Below, one piece after another: positions 30,501-40,000 of a DNA stretch of 64,000 nucleotides. Each line of letters opens with the position of its first letter. The first letter of the stretch is position 1. The notes below the pieces were generated by a model. It ran no database searches. It saw only the letters and a list, made by a program, of their open reading frames with translations, and was not told the origin of the DNA. The DNA comes from Verrucomicrobiota bacterium (GTDB taxonomy: Bacteria > Verrucomicrobiota > Verrucomicrobiia > Limisphaerales > J093), in assembly GCA_016871715.1 (NCBI GenBank), contig VHCO01000002.1:13771-77770 (forward strand). Reading direction: 5' to 3'. Both the position numbers and the translations under genes were made by a program.

Positions 30501-33500
30501 AAGACCGTCCAGCTCGCCGCGCCCAGCACCGATGTGCCCGGCACGTATGTCGAGTGGACGCTCTATGTGCCGCCCTCGAGGCACGTGTACGGCTTCGGCG
30601 GGACCATGACCGTCACGGCCGGCACCGATTACGGCTGGCGTGACGGTTGGTCGAGCTTCGCCAATTTCTACCGAGGCCTCTGGCACGACTACGGCGCCGG
30701 CCTGATCGTGGGCGGCGTGACGTTGGCGTTCGTGATCGCCCTGTTCCTGTACGGGCGCAAACGCGGGTTCGGCGGGGTGCTCACGGTGGTGCTCGTGTTC
30801 GGCCTGTTGGCGATCCTGGCGGGCATGATGCTGCCCGCGTTGTCGCGAGCCAAAGCCAAGGCCCAACGAATCAACTCCGCCAATAACCTCAAGCAAATCG
30901 GCCTCGCCGCGCGCCTCTACGCCACCGACCACGAAGGGCGGATGCCCAAGAACTTCGACGAGATGCTCGATGAACTGGGCACGCCCAAGGTCACCTTCGA
31001 TCCCGAGACCGGCCAGCGCTACACCTACATCGGCGCCGGCAAGTCCGAGACCGATCCCACCGCCATCCTGGCCTTCTCGCCCGAACGGAGCGGCGGCGGC
31101 CGCGAAGTGCTCCTCTCCGATGGCAGCGTGCAAATGCTGTCGGCCACCCGGTTCGCCGAAGCCCTGGCCAAGGACCCGTCGTCCGCCTCGCGCCTCCAGG
31201 TGCAGGCGCCCGCCCAACCGCAGGCCGCCCAGGCGCAGGAGCAGGAGCCCCGTGAGCCCGCGTCCCCACAGGTCGCGACCGGCTTGGCGCCCACCCTGCC
31301 AGCACCGGCGCCGGCGCCGACCGCCAGCGGGATCAAGTCCCTCAAGTTCGACCTGCCCAAGTCCGGCCACGCGTACACCTTCACCCGCGTATTGAGTCTC
31401 AGTTCGGAGCCGCCCACCATCGCCGTGCGTGTCATGTCCGGCCGGGCCTTCTCGTTCCTGCGCGCCGCGGCGCAGTTGGCGGCGTTTCTGGTGGGCTTGG
31501 CGTTGGTGCTCTACCAATGGCACCGCCGCGAACCCCGTGCGGTCGGGTTGGCGCTTGGCGTCGTCCTAGCCGTGTGGGCCACCGTGGATCTGCTCATCGC
31601 TTGGCGCCTGCTCGGGTTGGCGCTGATGGTGTCCCTGCCCGGCCTGGCGATCATCGCGGTCGCCGGCCTGGTTTGGCGTTGGCGGCGACGGCGCGGCCAA
31701 CTCGGCCGCCGCTCGCCGCCTGCCCCGCCCGCGCTCAGCTCGGCGCCACCCGCGGTGGCGGCGCTGCTCCTCGCGCTAGGCTCGACCGCGGCCCCGGTCC
31801 GGGGAGCGACACCCTTCAACCCGGCGGTGCCGCCGGTGTCGATCGTGAGCGCCGCTTACACCGGGATCGCGCACGAACAGGCCGCCGAGTTCGAAGTCGA
31901 CTTGGCGTTGCGATCGAGCGCCACCAACCAATCGGTGGCCTTGTTCGGTAAGGAGGCGGCCCTCGAGGCCTTTGCGCCCGTGACGGGCGAGGCCCGCCTT
32001 TGGCGTGAAGGCGACACCGTGGGCGTTCTCTTGCCGGCGGCGGGTGCGGCCCAGGTCCGCTTGCGGCTCGTCGTCAAGTTGGGCGGTGACCTCACGCGGC
32101 GGCACCTAGATTTCGCTGTGCCACCCGCCTTGGGCAGCCAGTTCAGGCTCACCTTGCCCGAGCCGGATGCCGAGGTGGAGTTCCCCGGCGCCGTGATTCT
32201 CGAACGCAACAACGAGGCGGCCGCCACCGCCGTGCGCGCCGTCCTGGGCGCCGCCGAGCGCGTGCAGTTGAGCTGGATGCCGCGACGCAAACGGGCCGCG
32301 GAGTTGGCGGCCACCGTCTTCGCCCGGCAGACCGCTCTGGTCACGCTGGGCGAGGGCGCGGTGAGTACCCGCACCGCTATCGAGTGGCAGGTCAGCCAGG
32401 GCGAACTCCTCCAGGTGCGCGTGCGCCTGCCCCAGGGACAACGCCTGCTCAAGGCCCAGGGCGAACACCTGCGCTCGTGGGACTTCAGCAGCACCAACCG
32501 CGACGTGCTCACGCTCGACCTCGTCAAGCCGGTCGCCCCCGTGCTGCGCCTGACGCTCGAGACCGAGCGGCCCCTCGATTCCTTGCCGGGCCGCGCCCAG
32601 CTCCAATTGCCCGAGGTCCTCGACGTCAAACGCCAGACCGGTTGGGTGGCCGTGCGCCCGACGGAGGAGCTGGGCCTGACCCTCGAACGCGCCGCGGGGC
32701 TCGAGCGCATCGATAACGCCGAGTTCGCCCAAGCCGCCGGCGAACCCCAGCCGGCCCTGTTTAGCGCCTGGCGATTCCTGCAACCGGACTTCGAGTTGGC
32801 GTTGAAGGCGGACTTGTTGCAGCCGCGCCTCGAGGCCACCCAACGGCAGGACTTCACCGTCGGCCTCGAGCAGCTCAGCCTGACGGCACAAATCGATTAC
32901 ACCATCAGCCAAGTCGGGGTTTTCGCCGTGCGCCTCGCGCTGCCGCCCGAGGGGCGCCTCGAACGCGTCGCGTGCGACGCCCTGCAACAATGGGCCGAGC
33001 GCCAGGAGGACGGCCGGCGCGTGCTCGAAGTGGGTTTGCAGCAACGCACTCAAGGGCCTTTGCACCTCGAACTCCGGTTCGAGCGCACCTACACGAACCT
33101 CGCACCCCAACTGACCTTGACCGGTATCCACCCGCTCGACCTCGAACAACTCACCGGCTACGTCACCGTCGCCGCCGAAGCCGGTGTCGGCCTCAAGACC
33201 GCCACCCTCGAGGGCGCCACCGAAGTGCCCGCCGCCACCGTGCCCGGCGTGGCGCCCGGCGCCGCCGGTCTGCTCGCCTTCAAGCACCGCGCGACCGAAC
33301 GGCAACCGGCGCCGGCTTGGCGCATCGCCTTGACCACCGAACCACTCGAGTCCTGGGTGCGCGCTGATCTGGTGAGTCTCGTCATCGTGGGCGAGCGGCT
33401 CGTGAGCGGACGTTCGCTGGTGCGCTACGACATCCAAAACGCCCCCCTCAAGCAGTTCCGCCTGCGCACGCCGGCCACCTGGCGGAACGTCGAAATCCTC

Positions 33501-34937
33501 GGCCCAGGCGTGCGCCGGCGTGACCACACCGACGGCACCTGGCAAGTCGAGCTGCAAAACAAGGTGTCCGGCGAGTACCGCCTCACGCTTCATTGGGAGA
33601 TGCCGCGCGCCGACACCAACGCGTTGACGCTCACGGGGGCGGAGGCGGTCGGGGTCGAACGCGAGACGGGCGCCATCGCGTTGCTGGCGCAGAGCCAGTT
33701 GCAGCTCATACCCGCTCCCAACAGCCAACACCTGCTGCGCATCGATACGCGCGAACTGCCCGACTGGGCCTCGCCCCACGCCGGCGGCCCGCCCGTGCTG
33801 AGCTTCCGGTACCTGCGACCGGGCTGGCAACTGCCGCTCCAGGTCCGCCGCTTCGAAGACGCCTCCGTGTTGCAGGGCCTGATCGATCAGCTCCGACTCC
33901 GCACCGTGATCGCCGACGACGGCCAACACATGACCCAACTCGAGCTGCGCATCCGCAACAACGGCCGCCAACAACTCGCCCTGGTCTTGCCCGCCCAAGC
34001 GGAAGTCTGGTCCGCCTTCGTGGACGGCCGCCCAGTGCGACCGGCCCGCAGCGGCGCCGCGCTCCTGCTCCCCCTCGAACGCGCTCAAAGCGCCGATTCA
34101 CCCATCCCGGTCGAAATGACCTACGTCGGCACCGTCAGCTTCCCCCGCACTTCCGGCACGCTCGAACTGATCTCGCCCCGACTCGATCTGCCGCTCAAGG
34201 ACGCCCGATGGGACGTGTTCTTGCCGCCCGACTTCGCCTATTCGGATTTCCAAGGCACCATGACCTACGAAAGCGCCGAGTTGTTGCCGTTGACCCAGGA
34301 CTTCACGCTGGCCGAGTACCAGCGCCAAGAGCTGTCGAAACAGGAGACGATCGCCGCGCAGGCCGTCGATTTCCTGCGTCGCTCCCAAACCGAGATCGCC
34401 TCCGGCAAATTCGAGTTGGCCAACAACCTCAAGAACTTCCGCGAAGTCCAAATCCGCGACCGCCAAACCGCCGCCGAATTGCGCCAGCTCGAAGCCGAAG
34501 TCAACCGCGGCCAGAGCACCCAGCTCATCGAGGCCCAACGGGCCTATACTTACTCGAACCTCGCCCGGTACGGCCTCCCGGACCGCCCACGGGGCGGGCG
34601 CGGGGAACCCGCGGGCGAATGGTTCAATTACGACGCGAAAGTAGCCGAGCAGCAAGTGGCGCAACTGCAAAAGGCCCAGGCCGTCGCCGAAACCGTGGTC
34701 GCCCCGCTGCGGGCCAACCTGCCCACCCGCGGCCTGCGCTACGCGTTCGTCCAGGTCTTGCAGACGGACACCGACAAGCCCCTCGTCATCCGGTTGCACG
34801 CCCACAATGAGCGCGAACTCGGCTGGCTCGCGCGCCTGGGGCGCGGCGTCGGCGGTTTCCTCCTCCTCTGGCTTGCGGCCGCGGTGACGCTGAAGTTACG
34901 GCCGGTCCGGGAGGGTGAGCGCAGCGCTGGCTCCTGA
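27507..34937 (+). CDS. Giant (~2476 aa) exported, multi-pass membrane protein with two paralogous halves and an embedded type IV pilin-like domain
   Basis: Signal peptide after MKNSMT (27507); uninterrupted GC3-rich frame. Internal ILAGMMLPALSRAKAKAQRINSANNLKQIGLA...VLLSDGSV matches Verrucomicrobia/Planctomycetes DUF1559/H-X9-DG-type pilins. Confidence 0.85.
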   Translation: MKNSMTPLRSRLPYHLAWAAAWALAAAGHTQTLLNVDFGAGTASPKAGFAATGQSTNDLWNAYSHYQPRFQPGMALVADGRLEGLRLADGSATPVVLALTNAPGVWGNATGDAMLDSYVFAPNGSNIVVQLTGLDPGRYHFYLYGWAAADAAREQASTFLLRTGTNVFGPYPASGAAGWRAIEPWREGAQFVVCRDVLVEPGAVVVIDVLPGPGGVAVLNGLQILSRGTGPPRRIGPVPAAGETFTNLLFRSIRYTGQVAQDSARFAVCLEAESRSTNQLAAPVFQGDLALLDPKLPAGWRMVKEGRQFVLHATEPGRHQLEFELIAQVQREEPWRVLRFTGPPAAIATVTVRPAQPNLEVQLVSGTPRPGPATEPGVIHGVLGADRELGLRWQSKTAEATREALVTADAQALALVSPAALRYTVELRYEVLQAPLAQVRLGLPTQQTITKLAGDQVKDWRVTTEPGGPVLVVDFLRPIEGATGLTLATEQPLPSLPGAVELVLPQPLGVQRETGVLRVQTEDLVARVEEATGLRQVNAQAQEFAVFRFSSRPVALRLRLARIEPVVSVAARVRAHLEENRLRVTHDLALEVSRAGIYGLDLTPPTGFLVAEVSGEGLEDWALSEGRLRLSFAKRLLGAGKVSVQLEQSLPALPPELVLAPLAVAGASRQSAFIGAGSAPGLQLKTADVLGAREIPVNGLPDPREELLAFRAETGEWRVGLAAERLTARVVAEVFNLITIGDGLVGGSATIRFGIVNQGVQQFRVRLPRHWRNVEFTGPNIRRRDQQEDLWTIGLQDKAWGGYTLVITYDYTFDPQQATLDAAGAHPLDVEREAGTVAVTSAANLALEPGPIADPLRPLDPTELAATDRALIARPVLLAYRYDGPAFGLSLRLTRHEELPVLDAVADRAQLTSVLTGRGEVLTQAGFMVKNNDRQYQRFELPGDATLWGVLVDGQPVKADRDGPWVLVALPRGENRDRVFAIDLKYAQQIGALGRLWPKTVQLAAPSTDVPGTYVEWTLYVPPSRHVYGFGGTMTVTAGTDYGWRDGWSSFANFYRGLWHDYGAGLIVGGVTLAFVIALFLYGRKRGFGGVLTVVLVFGLLAILAGMMLPALSRAKAKAQRINSANNLKQIGLAARLYATDHEGRMPKNFDEMLDELGTPKVTFDPETGQRYTYIGAGKSETDPTAILAFSPERSGGGREVLLSDGSVQMLSATRFAEALAKDPSSASRLQVQAPAQPQAAQAQEQEPREPASPQVATGLAPTLPAPAPAPTASGIKSLKFDLPKSGHAYTFTRVLSLSSEPPTIAVRVMSGRAFSFLRAAAQLAAFLVGLALVLYQWHRREPRAVGLALGVVLAVWATVDLLIAWRLLGLALMVSLPGLAIIAVAGLVWRWRRRRGQLGRRSPPAPPALSSAPPAVAALLLALGSTAAPVRGATPFNPAVPPVSIVSAAYTGIAHEQAAEFEVDLALRSSATNQSVALFGKEAALEAFAPVTGEARLWREGDTVGVLLPAAGAAQVRLRLVVKLGGDLTRRHLDFAVPPALGSQFRLTLPEPDAEVEFPGAVILERNNEAAATAVRAVLGAAERVQLSWMPRRKRAAELAATVFARQTALVTLGEGAVSTRTAIEWQVSQGELLQVRVRLPQGQRLLKAQGEHLRSWDFSSTNRDVLTLDLVKPVAPVLRLTLETERPLDSLPGRAQLQLPEVLDVKRQTGWVAVRPTEELGLTLERAAGLERIDNAEFAQAAGEPQPALFSAWRFLQPDFELALKADLLQPRLEATQRQDFTVGLEQLSLTAQIDYTISQVGVFAVRLALPPEGRLERVACDALQQWAERQEDGRRVLEVGLQQRTQGPLHLELRFERTYTNLAPQLTLTGIHPLDLEQLTGYVTVAAEAGVGLKTATLEGATEVPAATVPGVAPGAAGLLAFKHRATERQPAPAWRIALTTEPLESWVRADLVSLVIVGERLVSGRSLVRYDIQNAPLKQFRLRTPATWRNVEILGPGVRRRDHTDGTWQVELQNKVSGEYRLTLHWEMPRADTNALTLTGAEAVGVERETGAIALLAQSQLQLIPAPNSQHLLRIDTRELPDWASPHAGGPPVLSFRYLRPGWQLPLQVRRFEDASVLQGLIDQLRLRTVIADDGQHMTQLELRIRNNGRQQLALVLPAQAEVWSAFVDGRPVRPARSGAALLLPLERAQSADSPIPVEMTYVGTVSFPRTSGTLELISPRLDLPLKDARWDVFLPPDFAYSDFQGTMTYESAELLPLTQDFTLAEYQRQELSKQETIAAQAVDFLRRSQTEIASGKFELANNLKNFREVQIRDRQTAAELRQLEAEVNRGQSTQLIEAQRAYTYSNLARYGLPDRPRGGRGEPAGEWFNYDAKVAEQQVAQLQKAQAVAETVVAPLRANLPTRGLRYAFVQVLQTDTDKPLVIRLHAHNERELGWLARLGRGVGGFLLLWLAAAVTLKLRPVREGERSAGS

Positions 34938-35012
34938 GTCGCCGAACCGAGCTACCCATCCACGGCAAGGGGGCGTCGGCTGGGCCTGGCCCCCGCCCTC
35001 CGGACTACGGAA

Positions 35013-36716
35013 TCACTTCGTCGCGCTACGCCAGCAACGCCTCGAGCTCGCTGCGCTTCTGCGCCAGAGGTGTTTCTCCGCCGCGTCCACCAATTGCAGC
35101 AGTTCCTCCGCCTCGAGCAACCGCGTCGTGATGATGTAGCTGGCGCCGGCCTCGTACAGCCGGGGGATGTCCGCCAACTTCTCCGCGTGCATGATCACCT
35201 CAGCCGTCGGGTTCAGCTCCCGCACCAAACGCAGCAACTTCAGATTGCTCGCGCCCTTCAGCACCGTGTCCGGCAACGAACAAACGATCGTGCGCGCCTG
35301 CGCCAGACCAGCGTGTTGCAGCACGTCCCGCTGGGCAATATCGCCGTAGCTCACCGACACACCGCGTCGCTGCAGCCGCTGATAGACCAAGGGATTGAAA
35401 TCGATCACCTGCAGCTCCTCGAGCAAGTCTGAGCGCCGCAGCGTGATTTCCTCGAGCAACGAGCTGGCTGTCCAGGAGAAGCCCAACAGGAAGATCCGCT
35501 TGCCATGATGCGGCTGCGCGGTGGCCGGACTGCCGGCGTCCAAATCTCGACAGCCCCACCGTTTCAACCAGGGACTCACCAGGCGCAAGATCCGGTCGTT
35601 CTGCAGCACAGCGTACGTCGACCCCACCGCCAAGAACGAAAACGCAAACGCCGCAATGCTCATGGTCCCCGAGCTCACGTCGCCCGCCTGCCGGCCCAAC
35701 GTCAGAATCACGAGGGACAGCTCGCTCATCTGGGCGAGGTTGATGGCCGGCAGCAGGCTGCCCTGGTGGCCTTGCCGCATCCCGTACAGCGGCAAAAAGA
35801 CGCTCGCCAGCCGGCTCGCCACCACGAACGCCGACACCACCAACATCCAGCCCACGTAGCCCCAGGTCGGCACGGGTATGGTCAGCCCTAGGGCCACAAA
35901 GAAGAGCGTCACGAAGAAGTCTCGCAGGCTCGTCACCTTCGCCACCACGTCGAGGGTGTAGGGGTAGGTCGAGATCGCCACACCTGCCACCAACGCGCCC
36001 ATCTCCCGCGACAACCCCAACCGATCCGCCAGACCCGACATCGCAAAACACCACGCCAGCGCCCCCACCAACACCAACTCCGGCAGCCGCGCCACCGACC
36101 GAAACACCGGAGGCAACACGTAGCGACTGATCGACATCGCCACCGCAATCAGAAACGCCACCTTGCCCAGCGAAAGGGCTAGCACCGACACGGCCGGCTG
36201 TTTCAGGTTCGGTTGCAGCGCCAAGAACAAAATCGCGAACAAGTCCTGCACCACCAAGACACCCAGCGTCACCCGCCCCGGCAGCGTGTCGAGCTCGCGT
36301 TTGTCGTGCAGCACCTTGACGATGATCACCGTGCTGCTGAGCGCCACCGCCACGCTCAAATAGACCGCCTCGAGCCAACCCGACACCGGCCCCAGCCACC
36401 GGAACAACGCCCAACCCGCCGCGACGCACCCGAGGATCTGCACCGCCGCCGTGACCGCAATCACCTTGCCCGCGTTCAGCATCTTGTGCAGGTCGATCTC
36501 CAGCCCGATCATGAACAGCAACAACACCAGCCCAAGACTCGATAGCGTCTCGATCGACTCCTGATCCTGCACCCACCCCAGACCGTGCGGGCCCAGCACG
36601 AAACCCGCCACCAGATACGCCAGAATGAGCGGTTGCTTGAAGACATGCAGCGCCACCGCCAGCACCCAGGCAGCGACGATGCACAACGAAATCTCCGTCA
36701 GGAGCGAATGATCCAC
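35013..36716 (-). CDS. Cation:proton antiporter (CPA2, KefB/KefC-like) with C-terminal TrkA-N/RCK domain
   Basis: Multiple TM helices, LLLFMIGLE, ALSSTVIIVK, VQDL, GALVAG and LRDFFVTLFFVALG, then a Rossmann-like RCK domain. Start likely GTG at 36716. The C-terminus appears frameshifted (see findings). Confidence 0.88.
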   Translation of the reverse strand: MDHSLLTEISLCIVAAWVLAVALHVFKQPLILAYLVAGFVLGPHGLGWVQDQESIETLSSLGLVLLLFMIGLEIDLHKMLNAGKVIAVTAAVQILGCVAAGWALFRWLGPVSGWLEAVYLSVAVALSSTVIIVKVLHDKRELDTLPGRVTLGVLVVQDLFAILFLALQPNLKQPAVSVLALSLGKVAFLIAVAMSISRYVLPPVFRSVARLPELVLVGALAWCFAMSGLADRLGLSREMGALVAGVAISTYPYTLDVVAKVTSLRDFFVTLFFVALGLTIPVPTWGYVGWMLVVSAFVVASRLASVFLPLYGMRQGHQGSLLPAINLAQMSELSLVILTLGRQAGDVSSGTMSIAAFAFSFLAVGSTYAVLQNDRILRLVSPWLKRWGCRDLDAGSPATAQPHHGKRIFLLGFSWTASSLLEEITLRRSDLLEELQVIDFNPLVYQRLQRRGVSVSYGDIAQRDVLQHAGLAQARTIVCSLPDTVLKGASNLKLLRLVRELNPTAEVIMHAEKLADIPRLYEAGASYIITTRLLEAEELLQLVDAAEKHLWRRSAASSRRCWRSATK

Positions 36717-36877
36717 AGGCGCCGGAAAAGTGACCGCACGCGGCGTCCGCGTCAAATACCGCCTGCTGCCCCCTGCTCCAAGCATGCACGTTCCACCTCC
36801 CTCCAAGCCGGGGGCTCGGATTCCCCGCTACAGGCTCCCGGGTCAGAACCAGCGAGTCGACACATGATATGCCGCCC

Positions 36878-36939
36878 TTTTAATAGTTGACACAACACTT
36901 TGGTCAACAACTCTGCGCCAGGTTTTTAATAGTTGACAC
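36878..36939. repeat. Perfect 16-bp direct repeat TTTTAATAGTTGACAC, 46 bp apart
   Basis: Copies at 36878-36893 and 36924-36939; reverse complement of GTGTCAACTATTAAAA. Confidence 0.85.
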
Positions 36940-37068
36940 GACACCCCAAGTCCAATGCGGGGCTAACCGATGCCGCGGCGCGCAAGGACTTCGCGGCCTA
37001 CCGGCCGGGTTGCCGTCCGGTCGCGGTTTGGAAACCGGCACGGGTGCTGGCGCCGACGCGGCTGTGGC

Positions 37069-40000
37069 TCAAGGGGTTACCGCCCGGTAATAGCGTTGGG
37101 TGAAGTTGAGCGCCTGTTGATCGAGGATGATGACGCTCGTCGTGTTGAGGACGTTGGTGGCAATCGGGGTCCAGGTCTGGAGGTTCGGGCTCGCCTCGAG
37201 AACATAGCGTAGGCCAACCTTGCCGGTGAGTTGGATGCGACTGGCGCCGGACGAGGCGATCGTCAGGGTCAACTGCGCCGCCGCGGGGGTGGGATCTGGA
37301 ACGTCGAGCGGCAGGTAGATGTTGTCGATGAAGCCCGCATCGAGGCCAGCGCTGAAGTTGTTGTCCTTGCGGTAGCGCCAGAGGAGACGATGGCGGCCGG
37401 CGGCCAAGTTGAACTGGTAATTCCGCCACGGCACATCTCCTGACCAACGCTGGAGCTGGACACCATTCACGTAGAATTCGAGCCAGTCATGCCCTTGTTC
37501 CGAGCTTACTCGCACATCGAAGGTGACCGCGCCGGCGCGGGTATCGACCGCCAACTCGAGCGCGCTGACCTCGCCGTGGCTGGTGGGACCCGAGCGCAGT
37601 GCGCCCTTGCCGCTGGCGGTCACCTCGGACTGAACCGTCCAAGGCGCAGTGGTCGAGTTGACCCAAGGGGCAGCGGCGAGGTTGGCCGAGGTGAAGGGCG
37701 CCTCGAAGGTGTGAACGAAGAAGGTGGGTAGGAACTTCGCCGTCAGCGTGTAGTTCCGATCCATGAAGACGCTGAGCGGGTTGGCGGCCGAGTTCGTGGT
37801 CCCTTCCCAGCCGACAAACCGGTAGTCGCGATCGGCCGAGGCGGTCAAGACCTGCGTCGAGCCGGCCGGGTACGGCCCGGCGACTGGGGTCACGGAACCA
37901 CCGAAGGGCGGCGTGAAGATGAGCGAGTAAAACTCGACGCGATCGTTGTCGACGATGGTGAGCACGGCATTGGTTTGGCTGCCCAGGACGGCCGCACCCA
38001 CGGCATTGCGCAGTTCGAGCAGGACCGTCTCGTCCTCCTCCGTGTCTGTGTCGTCGAGGATCGGCAGGTCGACCGTCTTCTCGGTTTCGCCCGCGACGAA
38101 CTGAAGGTTGGCGGTCACAGCGGTGTAATCTTGGCCGGTCTTAGCGGTGCCGTCGCGCGTGCTGAAGTCGACGCTCACGGTGCCGGCGCTGGGGCCGGAC
38201 CGGCGCACGAGGATGCTAGCGACGCCGGCGTTTTCGTTTGCCGAATAGGAGGCGCTGGCGAAGGCGATGGCGCTCTCGTCATCCTCGATCGTCAGCACCG
38301 CCGCATGGGTGCCGGTGAGGGCGAAACCGAGCGGCAGGTTCGTCAGGACGAGGTTGACGGTCTCGTCTCCCTCCGCGAGTTGGTCGTCGAGGATCTTAAC
38401 CTTAAAGGTCTTCTCCGTTTCGCCGGCAGCGAAGTCGAGCCGGCCGGTCGCGGGGGTGTAATCGGCGCCGGCCGTGGCGGTGCCATCCGAGGTTGCATAA
38501 TCCACACTGGCAGCGAGTTGCAGGTCGCCGCTGCGGAGCACGGTCAGGGTGGCTTCGTTGGTGTTCTCCTTCACGCGGAAGAAGGCTGAGGCGAACTGGA
38601 TGGTGTTGAGCACGAATTTCTCGTCGCCGTGGATGCGGGCCAGGTAGCGGCGCGGCAAGCCCTTGAACTGGGTGAAGTCGCCCCCGATGACGATCGCTGT
38701 GTCGGGCTGAACCGCCAGAGCGCGAATGATGCCGTTGGCACCGCTGCCGATGTCGAACCCGGTGTCGATCGTGCCGTTCGGGTTGAGGCGGACGAGGCGG
38801 TTGCGGGCGTTGTCGGCGAAGTTGGTGAAGGCACCGCCGACGATGACCTTGCCGTCGGGTTGGACACCCAGGCCGAGGACGACATCGTTGGCTCCCGAGC
38901 CTGGGTCGAAGGCGGTATCGAGCGAGCCGTCGGGATTGAGGCGGGCCACACGCTTGCGATCGACTCCGTTGAACACGTTGAAGCTACCGCCGATCAAGAT
39001 GCGGCCCAAGCCGTCCACGGCGATGGCCTGGACGGGGCCGTCGGGCCCGGTGTCCGTGTTGAAGGATGCATCCAAGGTGCCGTCGGGGTTAAGCCGGGCC
39101 AAGCGCTGGCGTTGCGCGCCCGCGATGGTGGTGAACCCGCCGCCGACCAAGATCTTGCCGTCCGGCTGAGCCGCGAGGGCCAAGACGCCGCCACTGGCGT
39201 TGGGGTTGAAGGCAGCGTCGAGCGTGCCATCGACGGCCAACAGGGCCACGCCGCTGCGGCCTTGGCCGGCAACCGTGTTGAAGTCGCCGCCTAACACCAC
39301 CTTGCCGTCAGGGGCCACCGCGATCGCCCGCACGGCGCCATCCGCGCCCGCGCCGGGCCGGAACCCGGCATCGGCGGTGCCGTCGGCGTTCAGCCGGAGG
39401 ATACGGTTAGCGGGCACTCCATTGAACTGGGTGAAGTTGCCTCCGACCAGCAGACGTGAATCCGGTTGGACGGCGATGGCAAGCACGGCCGCGCTGGCTC
39501 CGGCGCCGGGGTTAAAGAAACTGTCCAGGTAGCCGTCTTCGTGCACGCGCGCGATGCGGCTCAGGAAGACGTCATTGACCTTCGCGAAGTCGCCGCCGAA
39601 GACGATCTTCCGGTCCGGTTGCACCCCCACCGACCGGACGGGGGCGTCTGGCCCTTGGCCGACGTTGAATTCGTAGTCGACACTGCCGGGCGTCTCGTTA
39701 TCGACGATGGTCACCACGGTGTTGGTTTGTAGACCGAGCGTGACCGTGCCGGCCGGCACCGTAGCGGCGGTTCGCGCGTTGGTGAGGGCGACCAGGAAGT
39801 CCTCATTCCCCTCGCCGATGACGTCATCCAAGATCCGGAACTCGAGCACGCGATTGGTCTCGCCAGGCTGCAAGATGACCGTGCCCGGAACGGTGGGAGA
39901 CGGCACGGTGGTCTCACCCGTGAAGCTCACGGTGCCTCGGGCCGACAGGTAGTCCTTGCCGGCGATGGCCGTGAGGTTCGAGGAGGCGAAGTCGGCATCG

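Noticed and set aside
14539-36939. Repeat-spacer-repeat pairs as CRISPR arrays
   Set aside because: Only two repeats of 13-16 bp per site, no palindromic 25-40 bp repeat, no leader and no cas genes. Kept as an unexplained motif instead.
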